NCBI GenBank assembly: GCA_963736855.1
Contig: CAVTQK010000015.1
Location: forward strand, 288,001 to 352,000
Source of the DNA: an uncultured delta proteobacterium
GTDB lineage: Bacteria; Desulfobacterota; Desulfobacteria; Desulfobacterales; UBA2156
Direction: 5' to 3'
DNA length: 64,000 nt
The position numbers and the translations under genes were made by a program. The notes under the pieces were generated by a model. The model was not told the DNA's origin, did not search any database, and worked only from the letters and a program-made list of their open reading frames with translations. How positions within the stretch are numbered: position 1 is the stretch's first letter; each line of letters opens with the position of its first letter. Of the stretch, positions 53,082 through 63,840 are shown piece by piece.

Positions 53082-54374
53082 ATGATCAAACGATCCTTTC
53101 TGGGGCTTTTGAAGCCGAAATTTGAAGTGCAGCGGATTCCTCTGGCGCCGGCTGAAATTCAGGAGATTCCGATTCCGAAGCAAGTCACACTCATGTTGAA
53201 AAAGCCGAAGGATCCGATACACGCAGCCGACACGGTGGCCCTTGCCAAAGGGGATCCGATCCATACCGGCCAAAAAATCAGCCTTTCTTCGGACAGCAGC
53301 ATCTATGTGATCTCATCGGTCACCGGAACGGTCAGCGATGTGTCGCCTTTCGCCGGGGATTTCGGAACCACCTACATCGCCATCTCCATCGATGTTACAA
53401 AAGAGGATGTTTTTGACGAGGCTTTTACTGACCGAGCCAAAAGCCCCGACCTGGCTTTTTCCAAAGAATACCTCCAAGCCTTGCCGGGAAGCCCGCCCTT
53501 TTCGGCTTTTTTCGATAAAGAAAAGCCGATACAAATCCTTTGCATCACAGGAATCGATGCGGATATTCTTTCTATGACCCGGCGGTACGTCCTGCTTCAT
53601 CAAATAAGCGAACTCAGAAAGGGGATCCAGGCGCTCAAAGGGATCACACAGGCCGATCGGATCGTCCTTGCTGTCCCTCAGAACACAGACTCGGAAATCG
53701 GCGACCTGGGCGCGGATGTCCGGGTGGTTGACGCCGGATACCCCGATACGCTCCCCCCACTGTTGGCACGGAAGCTTTTCGGGCAGACGGTGCCGGCTGA
53801 AAAGACCTGCGAAGACCTTGGAATCACATTTTTCAGCGCCGAAGCCGTGGCCGCTCTGGGAGGTGTTTTGGAGAGCGGGAGATGTCCGGTTAATAAAGTC
53901 CTGACCGTCACCGGAAAAGACGAAAGGCCAATCATGGTCTCGGCGCGGATCGGAACTCCGGTCAAAGAGATTTTCAGCGCGCTGGGAATTACCACGGGCA
54001 ACCTCGATCGTATCGTCTTTGGCGGTCCAATGACCGGGTCGGCCATCTATTCCGAGGACCAGCCGATCCTGCCCGACACCGACGCAATTCTGCTTCAGGA
54101 CAGGACCCGGATTCCTCCCGTCTCCCATTATCCTTGCATCAACTGCGGCGAGTGTATACGCATCTGTCCTGCTAAGATACCCGTCAATATGCTTGTGCGT
54201 TACCTCGAAGTCGGACGATACGACGAGGCTGCGGACCTGTATGATTTGCATTGCTGCATCGAGTGCGGCCTGTGCAGCTATGTCTGTGTTTCAAGGATGC
54301 CGATCTTCCAGTATATCCGCCTGGGGAAGCATGAACTGAAGCGGATGCATGCAGTGGGGGTCAATCATGCCTGA
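53082..54374 (+). CDS. rnfC: RnfC-like subunit (divergent)
   Basis: RIGTP, FGGPMTG, CINCGEC..ICP, CIECGLCSYVC; position in the operon. Confidence 0.85.
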   Translation: MIKRSFLGLLKPKFEVQRIPLAPAEIQEIPIPKQVTLMLKKPKDPIHAADTVALAKGDPIHTGQKISLSSDSSIYVISSVTGTVSDVSPFAGDFGTTYIAISIDVTKEDVFDEAFTDRAKSPDLAFSKEYLQALPGSPPFSAFFDKEKPIQILCITGIDADILSMTRRYVLLHQISELRKGIQALKGITQADRIVLAVPQNTDSEIGDLGADVRVVDAGYPDTLPPLLARKLFGQTVPAEKTCEDLGITFFSAEAVAALGGVLESGRCPVNKVLTVTGKDERPIMVSARIGTPVKEIFSALGITTGNLDRIVFGGPMTGSAIYSEDQPILPDTDAILLQDRTRIPPVSHYPCINCGECIRICPAKIPVNMLVRYLEVGRYDEAADLYDLHCCIECGLCSYVCVSRMPIFQYIRLGKHELKRMHAVGVNHA

Positions 54375-55327
54375 TCAGAAAAAATTCATCGTTTCCCACG
54401 CCCCGTTCTGGCACGACGGAAGCAACATAACCACCCGGAGCTATCACACTATGATCGCTGCCCTGCCCGCGGCGATCTTTGGAGTGGTCCGTTACGGCAT
54501 TCCGGCCATCGGGGTCATCTCCCTGGCGGTTTCATCAGCAATCATCTGGGAATACCTGATAAACCGAATCACTTGCAGGCCGGTCACCATCGGAGACGGG
54601 AACGCGGCGCTCATCGGCCTCCTTCTGGCCATGCTGCTCCCAGCCACATCCCCCTGGTGGTTGGTTGTCATTGGAACGTTTGTGGCCATAGTCGTCGGCA
54701 AACAGATTTATGGGGGCATCGGGGGAAATCCGTTCAATCCCACGCTGGTGGCTATTGCCATTCTCTTATTGTCCTGGAAAGACCTTTTGGACTTCGATGA
54801 AGCCCTCCTGAATTATGAATTCAATTTTACCATGACTTACCCCCTTGCCGACCTTAAAGCATTTCGGCACTTCGGCTGTGGAGGGTTTCACCACGGGCCA
54901 GCTCTTGCTGGGAAATCAAATCGGAGGCATCGGCTCCACCTTCGGTCTAGGCCTGATCGCGGGGGGGATTTATCTGATCTTGCGAGGGTTTATTCGCTGG
55001 GAAATTTCCGCTTCTTTTCTGGCAGGAATCCTGGTCACCTCCCTGATTTTCAACCTTGTAAACGGAGCCCGTTACGCTGGCCCGGCCCTTCACCTTTTCT
55101 CCGGCTATACCCTGATCGGAGCGTTTTTCCTGGCCACGGAAGACTCTTCATCCCCGGTGAACTTTCTTCCGATGTTGCTCTTCGGGGCCGGAGGCGGAAT
55201 TCTGACTGTGCTTATTCGAAACATCGGCGTCCATATCGATGGTGTGATGTTCGCCCTGCTCATCATGAACATCGCCAATCCGCTTCTGGATAAAATCAGA
55301 CCCAAGGCACTTGGAAAGGTGAGCTGA
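54367..55327 (+). CDS. rnfD: RnfD (frameshift near 54855)
   Basis: MIAALPA, GLLLAMLLP, KQIYGGIG.NPFNP, GGIG, GAFFLATE.SSSP, FA.L.MN...PL.D. Confidence 0.9.
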
Positions 55328-55328
55328 C

Positions 55329-55922
55329 ATGCGCGAGATGATCAAAATGGTGGTTGTGCTGACCGTCCTGTGTGCGTTTTCCGGCGGTCTTCTCGCCGCA
55401 CTTCGCGACGGAACCAAAGAACGGATCGAAATCCAGCAACTGGAATTCGTCAAGGGACCGGCCATTCGCAAAATCCTCGAAGGGGCCTCCAACGACCCGA
55501 TCAAGGACCGGTTTAAAATAAAGGCCGGGGAAACCGAAAGGACCTTCTTCGTCGGCATGTTCGACGGAAAACCCGCTACCGTGGCCTATGAAGCATCCGG
55601 AAAGGGGTTCGGAGGGGAAATCGGAATGATGGTCGGCGTAAACCTTGAGGATGACAAGATTGTGGGGGTAGGGGTCACCACTCACAGCGAAACCCCCGGG
55701 ATCGGGGCCAGGGCCCAGACCGACCCAAAGTTCGCCAGCCAATTCAAAGGCCTGCTGCTTACCGAGGAATTGAAGATCAAAGGAGACGGCGGAAAGATCG
55801 ACGCCATCTCCGGGGCCACCGTCACCTCAAAAGGGGTGACTGCCGGCGTGAACGATGCCGGTAAGTTCTATAAAGAAATCAAACCTCAACTTGCCGAAAA
55901 AGTAAAATCCTTCCAAAAGTAG
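55329..55922 (+). CDS. rnfG: RnfG
   Basis: GFGG.I, H.ETPG.G, DAISGATVTS FMN-attachment motif. Confidence 0.95.
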   Translation: MREMIKMVVVLTVLCAFSGGLLAALRDGTKERIEIQQLEFVKGPAIRKILEGASNDPIKDRFKIKAGETERTFFVGMFDGKPATVAYEASGKGFGGEIGMMVGVNLEDDKIVGVGVTTHSETPGIGARAQTDPKFASQFKGLLLTEELKIKGDGGKIDAISGATVTSKGVTAGVNDAGKFYKEIKPQLAEKVKSFQK

Positions 55923-55932
55923 GGAGTCATTC

Positions 55933-56526
55933 ATGGCAAAAACACTAACTCAGGAGTTCACCAAGGGCCTTTGGGCCGAGATTCCTCCGTTTCGGCTTGT
56001 GCTCGGATTGTGTCCGACACTGGCCGTGACGAAAACCGTGGAAAACGCCATCGGAATGGGGATTGCCGTCATCTTCGTACTGACCGGCTCCAATATACTG
56101 GTTGCAGCCCTCCGTAAAATTATCCCGAATAAGGTAAGAATCGCCTGTTTTATTATCGTTATTGCCACCTTTGTCATCGTCGTCGAGCTCCTGATGCAGG
56201 CATATACTTATTCTCTTTTCTTGAAGCTCGGCATTTTTATTCCACTCATTGTTGTTAACTGCATTCCTCTCGGAAGGGCCGAGGCCTTTGCCTATAAAAA
56301 TGGTATTGCCGCATCTACGGCGGACGGACTCGGACTCGGTATAGGATATGCCCTCTCGCTTACCGTCCTGTCCGCGGTACGGGAAGTTTTCGGTAACGGC
56401 ACCTTTTTGGGAACGACGGTTTTCGGCTCGTCTTTTCAGCCGTTCAAATTCATGGTGGAAGCCCCGGGGGCATTTGTCTGTCTCGGATTGATGCTTTGCA
56501 TTATGAACGCCATGGGAAAGAAATAG
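55933..56526 (+). CDS. rnfE: RnfE
   Basis: LGLCPTLAVT, FIPLIVVNC..LGRAEAFA, PGAF. Confidence 0.95.
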   Translation: MAKTLTQEFTKGLWAEIPPFRLVLGLCPTLAVTKTVENAIGMGIAVIFVLTGSNILVAALRKIIPNKVRIACFIIVIATFVIVVELLMQAYTYSLFLKLGIFIPLIVVNCIPLGRAEAFAYKNGIAASTADGLGLGIGYALSLTVLSAVREVFGNGTFLGTTVFGSSFQPFKFMVEAPGAFVCLGLMLCIMNAMGKK

Positions 56527-56536
56527 GAGAAGGTTC

Positions 56537-57112
56537 ATGGGCGATTACATCCAGATGATCATTGGTTTTATTCTGGTCAACAACATTCTGCTCATGCAGT
56601 ACCTGGGAAACTGCCCGTTTCTCGGGACATCCAAACGGATGGAAACGGCCGTAGGAATGGCGATGGCGGTGGTTTTTGTTCTGGTCATGGCGGGCGCCAT
56701 CACCTGGGCCACCGAAATGTATCTGCTTAAGCCACTGGGCCTTGAATATCTGCGGACCATGTCCTTTATCGTGGTGATCGCGTCGCTGGTCCAGTTTGTG
56801 GAGATGTTTTTGAAAAAGAGCGTCCCGGCACTCTACACGGGACTTGGAATCTATTTGCCTCTGATTACGACCAACTGTGCGGTATTGGGCGTTTGCCTGA
56901 TCAACATCAAAGAAGAATACAATTTTATGCAGACCATCGTTTCCTCGTTTGGTTACAGTTCCGGCTTCGGATTTGCCCTGATCCTCTTTGCGGGTGTCCG
57001 GGAACGCATACTTCTGGGCCGGGTTCCGAAGGCCCTTCAGGATACTTCAATCGGATTGATCACGGCTGGAATGCTCTCTCTGGCGTTCTTCGGTTTCAAG
57101 GGGATGATATAG
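56537..57112 (+). CDS. rnfA: RnfA
   Basis: NN..L..YLG.CPFLG.S, LVQFVE, LPLITTNCAVLG. Confidence 0.95.
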   Translation: MGDYIQMIIGFILVNNILLMQYLGNCPFLGTSKRMETAVGMAMAVVFVLVMAGAITWATEMYLLKPLGLEYLRTMSFIVVIASLVQFVEMFLKKSVPALYTGLGIYLPLITTNCAVLGVCLINIKEEYNFMQTIVSSFGYSSGFGFALILFAGVRERILLGRVPKALQDTSIGLITAGMLSLAFFGFKGMI

Positions 57113-57121
57113 GAGGAAGGT

Positions 57122-59188
57122 ATGACTGAAGCGCTTGCCTTTATGCTGGGCCTCGGTGTGATCTGTGGATCCATCCTGAGTATTGCCTCAAAAATATTCT
57201 ATGTCTATGAAGATCCGAGAAAGGCGGAAGTCGAGGGGTTTTTAGCCGGAGCGAACTGTGGAGGATGTGGCTTTGCAGGGTGTGCCGCCGCCGCCGAAGC
57301 GGTCATAACCGGAGAGGCGCCCTCCAGTGTCTGTATCGTGGGGGGGCCGGAATCCGCAGCCAACGTGGCCCGGGTCATGGGCGTGGATGCCGGAACCGCC
57401 GAACCCAAGCTCTCTTCCAGTAAATGCGATGGCGGAAACCGTGCGGAAGATAGTTATTTTTACGTGGGAGTCGACTCCTGCCAGGCCGTATCCGCCTTTT
57501 TCGGAGGGAAGAGGAAATGCGACGTCGGATGTCTTGGATATGGAGACTGTGTACGGGCCTGTCTTTTTCACGCAATCAAAATCGGCCCGGAAGGGTTTCC
57601 CGTCATCGACGAAAGAAAATGCGTGGGCTGCGGAGCGTGCGAGCGTGCCTGTCCCAAACAGGTCCTTTCCGTAACCACGATCAGAGATCGGTTGTTGCAC
57701 TTCAACCGGGAGGACGATTGCCTGGCCCCCTGTCAGCAGACCTGCCCGGCCCAGATCGACATTCCTCTCTACATTGCCCAGATCAAAAATGGGGATTACG
57801 AAGGGGCGGTAAGGACGATTCGGGATCGAAACCCGTTGCTTCTTTCCTGCGGCAGGGTCTGTCCACATCCCTGTGAAAATTTTTGCCGTCGGGGAATCGA
57901 AGATGAAGCGGTCTCCATCAACCAGCTGAAACGCTTTGTGGCGGATCGGGAAATGAATTCCGGCAGCCGGATCTCCATCCCCTGTGCCCCGCCCACCGGC
58001 AAGAAAGTGGCGGTTATCGGCGGCGGTCCGGCCGGGTTGACCTGCGCTTATTTCTTGAAGAGGCTGGGTCACAACGTCAGCATTTACGAGGCCATGCCCA
58101 AGCCGGGGGGTATGATCCGTTACGGAATTCCCGAATACCGGCTCCCCAAAAAAGTTCTTGACTGGGAGATCGAAGGAATCCTCAATCTCGGAATCAGGGT
58201 CCATACCAATGTCAAACTGGGAATCGATTTTGATATCCCCTCTCTGGTCGCCGGAGACTATGACGCCATCTTCCTGGGCGTCGGCGCATGGAAAGACTAC
58301 TCGCTCAAGATTGAAGGTGAAGACCTCTCCGGGTGCCATACCGGAATCGATTTTCTGTCTCGTATCGCTTCCGGGGAATCTGTCCCCATTGGAAAGAGGG
58401 TGGCGGTGGTCGGCGGCGGCAACACGGCCATCGACTGTGTCCGCACCCTGATAAGACTCGGCGCCGAGGAGGTCTCCATCCTTTACCGACGGACACGAAA
58501 AGAGATGCCGGCCAATGTGGTGGAAATTGAAGCAGCGGAACACGAAGGGGTCAAATTCATCTTCCTTGCCGCGCCGGTCAGAGTTCTGGGGGATGATCAG
58601 GGAAGGGTTGCCCACCTGGAATACCTCAAGATGGAGCTTGGTGAACCGGATGCCAGTGGAAGGCGCCGGCCGGTCCCGATAAAAGGATCCGAAACTCTTC
58701 TTCCGATCGACATGGTAATTTCCGCCATCGGTCAAGAGCCCGATATGACCTTCAAGGGAGAAGGAAAACGAGCCCAATCGCTGAAAACCACACGATGGAA
58801 TACCATCGCGGTCAATCCTGAAACCTTGCAAACGAATATACCGTATATTTTTGCGGCAGGCGATGCTGCCACCGGACCTTCACTTGTCGTGGACGCCATC
58901 GGGGGGGGAAGACAGGCGGCAAGATCGATCCACCTCTATTTAAGCGGCAAAGCGGTCACCCCACCGGAGAAGTCACTTTTCAAACGCCACATTCCAGGCA
59001 CCCTTTTCGATTCCGTTCCCGGAATCCGCAAAATTCCGAGGGTGCCGATGCCCGAGTTGCCTGTCGGGGAACGGGTCTATTCCTTCGTTGAAGTGGATCA
59101 GGTCATCTCCGAACAAGACGCCAAAAAGGAATCCTCCCGTTGTCTGAATTGCGGTAGAATATGCTACGACAAGGATGTAGCGGCATAA
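57122..59188 (+). CDS. rnfB: RnfB fused to a GltD/NfnB-like FAD/NAD(P)-dependent oxidoreductase
   Basis: GANCGGCGF.GC, GCLGYGDC, CVGCGAC; then APCQQTCP, CGRVCPHPCE..C, GGGPAG, YGIPEYRLP, GGGNTA.D, YRR. Confidence 0.92.
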   Translation: MTEALAFMLGLGVICGSILSIASKIFYVYEDPRKAEVEGFLAGANCGGCGFAGCAAAAEAVITGEAPSSVCIVGGPESAANVARVMGVDAGTAEPKLSSSKCDGGNRAEDSYFYVGVDSCQAVSAFFGGKRKCDVGCLGYGDCVRACLFHAIKIGPEGFPVIDERKCVGCGACERACPKQVLSVTTIRDRLLHFNREDDCLAPCQQTCPAQIDIPLYIAQIKNGDYEGAVRTIRDRNPLLLSCGRVCPHPCENFCRRGIEDEAVSINQLKRFVADREMNSGSRISIPCAPPTGKKVAVIGGGPAGLTCAYFLKRLGHNVSIYEAMPKPGGMIRYGIPEYRLPKKVLDWEIEGILNLGIRVHTNVKLGIDFDIPSLVAGDYDAIFLGVGAWKDYSLKIEGEDLSGCHTGIDFLSRIASGESVPIGKRVAVVGGGNTAIDCVRTLIRLGAEEVSILYRRTRKEMPANVVEIEAAEHEGVKFIFLAAPVRVLGDDQGRVAHLEYLKMELGEPDASGRRRPVPIKGSETLLPIDMVISAIGQEPDMTFKGEGKRAQSLKTTRWNTIAVNPETLQTNIPYIFAAGDAATGPSLVVDAIGGGRQAARSIHLYLSGKAVTPPEKSLFKRHIPGTLFDSVPGIRKIPRVPMPELPVGERVYSFVEVDQVISEQDAKKESSRCLNCGRICYDKDVAA

Positions 59189-59208
59189 AAAAGCTGGATA
59201 TCATTGAT

Positions 59209-59499
59209 GTGGAACGTCTTCTCGGACGAGTGACCGAAGATCCGCAGAGCATACACGAGGAGGTCAAAGAGGTCTTTTCGATCCTGGCGGATACCACCCT
59301 CGATTTCAGGGACCGGAAACTGAAGGAGTTTGGAATTACCGTCACGGTGGAAGATGTTCGGATCGCTTTAAATTGGCTTTTAGCTTATTTTCGTTCCGGC
59401 CAAATTCCACAAACCGATCACCAGATCAGGCATGACCTTTTCGAGACATGGATAACCCATCTCAAAGCGGCTGAAAAAAGCACCTCCACCGACAGTTAA
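59209..59499 (+). CDS. Hypothetical protein (start uncertain)
   Basis: Open frame filling the gap between rnfB and rluD; plausible helical composition. Confidence 0.5.
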   Translation: MERLLGRVTEDPQSIHEEVKEVFSILADTTLDFRDRKLKEFGITVTVEDVRIALNWLLAYFRSGQIPQTDHQIRHDLFETWITHLKAAEKSTSTDS

Positions 59500-59500
59500 A

Positions 59501-60493
59501 CTACCCTTTACGATCCCGCGTGTTTTTATCCTGCAGCATGGATTCCCTTAAGGAGCCGATCAGTTCCTGCATGTCTTTGGGGATGGGGGCTTCGAATTGA
59601 ATGGGTTCAAGGGTCGTTGGGTGGATGACCCGAAGCCGCCAGGAATGGAGCATCTGACGCTTGACGGCATGAAGAACGTTGGCCTTAAGGGGGATTTGTT
59701 TTGCCCGTTTACTTCGCTTGCCGTATAGCGTATCTCCCGCCACCGGATGCCCTAACATCGCGCAGTGCACCCGGATTTGGTGTGTCCTCCCGGTTTTCAA
59801 TTCGATTTCCAGGAGCGTCGCGCCGGAAAAGCGTTCCCGGATGCGCCATTCGGTCTGCGCGACCCTCCCCTTCGGGCTCACTGTGGACATGCGCTTGCGA
59901 TCCCTGGGGTGCCGGCCGATGGGAAGCGAGATGCTTCCTTCATCCGATTCGATGGCACCGCAGACGACGGCCAGATAACATTTGATCACCTGTCGGGACT
60001 TGAACTGGCGGACCAGATGTTGGTGCGCATCCGAAGTCCGGGCCACCAAAAGCAGCCCTGAGGTATCCTTATCGAGCCGGTGAACGATCCCAGGGCGGGC
60101 CGGATCTCCCACTTTTTGGATTTCAGGATAACGGAACAAGAGTGCGTTGACCAGTGTTCCTGTTAGATGTCCCGGGGCCGGATGGACGACAAGCCCCTGG
60201 GGCTTGTTCAACACGATGAGCGTTTTGTCTTCATAGACGACATCGAGATCTCGAGGTTCCGGCAAAAGGGATTGTTGGGGCAAAGCGAGGATTATCCCGC
60301 TGATACGATCTCCTTTTTTGATCCGATATGCGGGTCGTCGCATGGCTCCATCCACACGGATCTGGCCTGAAAGGATCAGACGCTGTGCCTGGGTCCGGGT
60401 GACGCCGGGGATTTGTGTGGCAACATATGCGTCAAGACGGACCGCTTTTGCTTCTTCGGCAACGGTAATGCTGAAAGAAGTTACGCCCGTCAT
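59501..60493 (-). CDS. rluD: 23S rRNA pseudouridine synthase (S4 plus RluA domain)
   Basis: RLD.Y S4 domain, NKP.GLVVHPAPGH..GTLVNAL, RPGIVHRLDKDTSG, TGRTHQIRVH. Confidence 0.93.
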   Translation of the reverse strand: MTGVTSFSITVAEEAKAVRLDAYVATQIPGVTRTQAQRLILSGQIRVDGAMRRPAYRIKKGDRISGIILALPQQSLLPEPRDLDVVYEDKTLIVLNKPQGLVVHPAPGHLTGTLVNALLFRYPEIQKVGDPARPGIVHRLDKDTSGLLLVARTSDAHQHLVRQFKSRQVIKCYLAVVCGAIESDEGSISLPIGRHPRDRKRMSTVSPKGRVAQTEWRIRERFSGATLLEIELKTGRTHQIRVHCAMLGHPVAGDTLYGKRSKRAKQIPLKANVLHAVKRQMLHSWRLRVIHPTTLEPIQFEAPIPKDMQELIGSLRESMLQDKNTRDRKG

Positions 60494-60512
60494 GGCGACT
60501 TACAAGAAAAAA

Positions 60513-61061
60513 TTACTGGGGTGAGAACAAGGATTCGATTTCGGAGAGGATCGTTTTTTCATCCGTATTTTTTGCGGTCGACAGCTCTTTTACCAGAAGA
60601 CCTTGGGCAGTATCGTAGAGTTTGCGTTCGCCGAAGGAAAGATCCTTTTCGAGCTTTAAAAGATAAAGATCCCTGAAGACTTTGGCCACATCATAAAGTG
60701 ATCCGGTCTTGATCTTTTCCATGTATTCTCTGTATCTGCGGTTCCAGGTCTGATTTTCCAGCGAGGCGTCCCGCTCTTCCTGCATGACTTGGTAGACTTT
60801 TGGAATATCATTTTCACTGATGACATCCCTCAATCCTACCGATTGTACATTTCGGGTCGGAATCATGATCACCATGCCGTTTTCGAGGACTTTCATAATG
60901 AAAAAATCCTGTCTTTCTCCATTGATCACGCGGTTTTCAATGGCGTCGATCCGACCCACACCATGGGCGGGATAAACCGCCAGATCTCCAACCTGAAAAC
61001 AATCGACTCTTGGATTGCCGATGAACGTGTCGACTCTTACCTCACCTTTGCTTTTGCCCAT
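60513..61061 (-). CDS. carD: CarD-family transcriptional regulator
   Basis: F.VGD..VYPAHGVG.I, VGLR, WNRRYR...EK.KTG, LSFGERK. Confidence 0.95.
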   Translation of the reverse strand: MGKSKGEVRVDTFIGNPRVDCFQVGDLAVYPAHGVGRIDAIENRVINGERQDFFIMKVLENGMVIMIPTRNVQSVGLRDVISENDIPKVYQVMQEERDASLENQTWNRRYREYMEKIKTGSLYDVAKVFRDLYLLKLEKDLSFGERKLYDTAQGLLVKELSTAKNTDEKTILSEIESLFSPQ

Positions 61062-61137
61062 ACCATCTCCGCTTGATCTGTTGAAAATACGCCGTTATTG
61101 ATCTGTTTACCACAGCTTCCCACCGGGATCAAGCGAT

Positions 61138-61175
61138 AAAAAAGGATTGGCGCAACTTTGCGCCAATCCTTTTTT
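61138..61175 (-). terminator. Intrinsic terminator downstream of hppA
   Basis: AAAAAAGGATTGGCGCAA-ct-TTGCGCCAATCCTTTTTT. Confidence 0.85.
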
Positions 61176-61198
61176 GAAGGTTTAAAGAAGATGCCGGC

Positions 61199-63211
61199 TT
61201 AAAGTAGGAACGGCACCATCAGCAAGGCCACGACGTTGAGGATCTTGATCATCGGGTTCACAGCGGGACCGGCGGTGTCCTTGTACGGATCGCCTACGGT
61301 GTCGCCGGTGACGGCCGCCTTGTGGGCATCGCTTCCCTTACCGCCCAGATGACCGTCCTCGATGTATTTTTTCGCATTGTCCCAGGCCGCACCGCCCGTG
61401 GTCATGGATATGGCCACAAACAGCCCGGTCACGATGCTACCGATCAGAAGACCTCCCAATGCCACCTTGCCCAACAGGAAGCCCACCACCAACGGAGCCG
61501 CGACGGGAAGAAGAGCGGGAATCATCATCTCTTTGAGGGCAAACTTAGTGACGATATCCACGCATGTCCCGTAGTCGGGTTTGGCTGTGCCTTCCATGAT
61601 CCCAGGAATTTCCCGGAACTGTCGCCGAACCTCTTCGACGACCGCGCCGCCGGCTTTTCCTACCGCTTTCATGGCGATGGAGGCAAACAGGTAAGGCAAT
61701 AATCCGCCGATGAAGAGACCGATGATGACGTTCACATCTCCGAGATCGAACCGGATGGCACCGCCCTTGCCTCCTTTGACGGTGAACTCATAGACATAGC
61801 AGGCAAAAAGAACCAGCGCCGCCAACCCTGCCGAACCGATGGCGTACCCCTTCGTGACGGCTTTGGTGGTGTTTCCGACCGCATCCAAAGGATCGGTGAC
61901 GGCCCGGACACTCTCGTCCATGTTGGCCATTTCCGCGATACCCCCGGCATTGTCGGTGATCGGGCCGTAAGCATCGATGGCAATGACCATGCCGGTCATG
62001 GACAGCATGGCCATGGCCGCAGTGGCAATTCCATAGATTCCGGCAAAATGGAATGCCGTATAGATACCGACGCAGATCGCCAAAACGGGCAGGGCAGGGG
62101 ATTGCATGCTTAGGGCCAAGCCTGCAATGATATTGGTGGCATGCCCGGTGGTGGATGCCTCGGCAACCGCTTTAACCGGGGCATATTTGCCGGTATAGAA
62201 TTCCGTGATGATCACGATGATCACGGTGAGCAGAATACCGACCATGGATGAATAGAAAATGGCCATGGGTGTGATGTTTTCAAGCCCGACCATGAGTTTT
62301 CTGGACGCAAAATAAAACCCGATGATAGCTATAATGGCGGAGCCGAACATCCCTTTATACAGGGCGCCCATGATGTATTGGCTTGCACCGAGACGGACGA
62401 AAAAGACCCCGATGACCGAGGCGATGATGGAAATGGCACCGAGCACCAAGGGAAATTCAGTGGCAATGGCAATCTTGGGGAACATGAGGTGGCCCATCAG
62501 CATGGCAGCCACAGCCGTGACGGCATAGGTTTCGAACAGGTCCGCGGCCATGCCTGCACAATCCCCAACGTTGTCTCCCACGTTGTCGGCGATAACCGCC
62601 GGGTTTCTGGGGTCATCCTCGGGAATCCCGGCCTCGACTTTCCCCACCAGGTCCGCGCCCACATCCGCGCCCTTGGTGAAGATACCGCCGCCTAATCGCG
62701 CGAAAATGGAAATGAGGCTTCCGCCGAAGCCCAATGCCACCAGCGCGACGACATCACGGGTAAAGTGGTAATAACCAGAGACGGCGGTCAGGGCAAGGCC
62801 CGCCACGATCATGCCGGTGACTGATCCTCCTTTGAAAGCCAGGGACAATCCGGCAGCGAGCCCTTTCTTGGCGGCTTCAGCAACCCGCACGTTGGCAATG
62901 ACGGAAACCCGCATCCCGATGTATCCGGCCGCATAGGATGCGACGGCCCCAATTAAAAATCCGACGGCCGTTTTGGCGCCCATGAATACCAAAATGATGG
63001 CGAAAATGACGATACCGGCAATCGCCACGCTTTTCAGCTGCCGGTTCAGATAGGCGATGGCGCCTTCTTTAATTGCGGCAGAGATCTCCTGCATCCGCGC
63101 GTCTCCGGCAGGTGATCCTTTGACGATACTGGCGACGATCATCGCATAAGCCACACCCACAAGACCCACAAACGCGCAAACCAACGGTATGTTCTTGACT
63201 ACATAATCCAT
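61199..63211 (-). CDS. hppA: Membrane-bound pyrophosphatase, K+-independent signature (likely H+-pumping)
   Basis: [36 protein letters not shown] (Lys at the K+-dependence position), [14 protein letters not shown]. Confidence 0.95.
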   Translation of the reverse strand: MDYVVKNIPLVCAFVGLVGVAYAMIVASIVKGSPAGDARMQEISAAIKEGAIAYLNRQLKSVAIAGIVIFAIILVFMGAKTAVGFLIGAVASYAAGYIGMRVSVIANVRVAEAAKKGLAAGLSLAFKGGSVTGMIVAGLALTAVSGYYHFTRDVVALVALGFGGSLISIFARLGGGIFTKGADVGADLVGKVEAGIPEDDPRNPAVIADNVGDNVGDCAGMAADLFETYAVTAVAAMLMGHLMFPKIAIATEFPLVLGAISIIASVIGVFFVRLGASQYIMGALYKGMFGSAIIAIIGFYFASRKLMVGLENITPMAIFYSSMVGILLTVIIVIITEFYTGKYAPVKAVAEASTTGHATNIIAGLALSMQSPALPVLAICVGIYTAFHFAGIYGIATAAMAMLSMTGMVIAIDAYGPITDNAGGIAEMANMDESVRAVTDPLDAVGNTTKAVTKGYAIGSAGLAALVLFACYVYEFTVKGGKGGAIRFDLGDVNVIIGLFIGGLLPYLFASIAMKAVGKAGGAVVEEVRRQFREIPGIMEGTAKPDYGTCVDIVTKFALKEMMIPALLPVAAPLVVGFLLGKVALGGLLIGSIVTGLFVAISMTTGGAAWDNAKKYIEDGHLGGKGSDAHKAAVTGDTVGDPYKDTAGPAVNPMIKILNVVALLMVPFLL

Positions 63212-63230
63212 TCTTCCCTCCGTTTTTCCG

Positions 63231-63812
63231 TTAGCGTGAAACCTTTGTTTTGTTGTTGTTAAATCGGTTCATTCCCTCCTTCGTGCCGTGGCAGAGGATG
63301 CATAGGACCGCCTCTTTTGCCTTTTGAACGACTTTCTCCAGAATCGCACTTTCATCCGGACCAAAGTCTCCCAGCACATAATCCGTAACGCTTGTCGCAC
63401 TCTCTGGACGCCCGATACCCACACGGATGCGAATGAACCGGTCGCTTTCCAGGGCATCCATCAGCGACCTGACTCCTTTGTGTCCTCCATGCCCTCCTTT
63501 CTCTTTAATTTTTATGTTTCCGAGAGTGATGTCGATGTCATCGTGGATCACCAAAACCGCTTCACTCGATATATTGAAATCGTTACACAACCGCCGAACC
63601 GATTGACCGCTTCGATTCATATACCCCTGGGGTTTTGCGAGGATGACGTCGTATCCCTCAATGATTCCGGTTCCAAAAACAATCTTCTCCGCCCTTTGGT
63701 TGATCGGGATTGAAAATTGATCTGCCAGTGCGTCAAGAACCTTAAAACCGGTATTGTGGCGGGTTTTCCGATACGCCTTTCCGGGATTTCCCAGCCCGAC
63801 CACCAGATACAC
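63231..63812 (-). CDS. pth: Peptidyl-tRNA hydrolase
   Basis: [38 protein letters not shown]. Confidence 0.95.
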   Translation of the reverse strand: MYLVVGLGNPGKAYRKTRHNTGFKVLDALADQFSIPINQRAEKIVFGTGIIEGYDVILAKPQGYMNRSGQSVRRLCNDFNISSEAVLVIHDDIDITLGNIKIKEKGGHGGHKGVRSLMDALESDRFIRIRVGIGRPESATSVTDYVLGDFGPDESAILEKVVQKAKEAVLCILCHGTKEGMNRFNNNKTKVSR

Positions 63813-63840
63813 GCATCCGTCCTCATCGATAGGTTCCGGT

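Noticed and set aside
57242..58831. Long antisense ORFs (529 aa here; others opposite ftsH, nnr, acsA and rnfC)
   Set aside because: Shadow frames of GC-rich genes, with no recognisable motifs.
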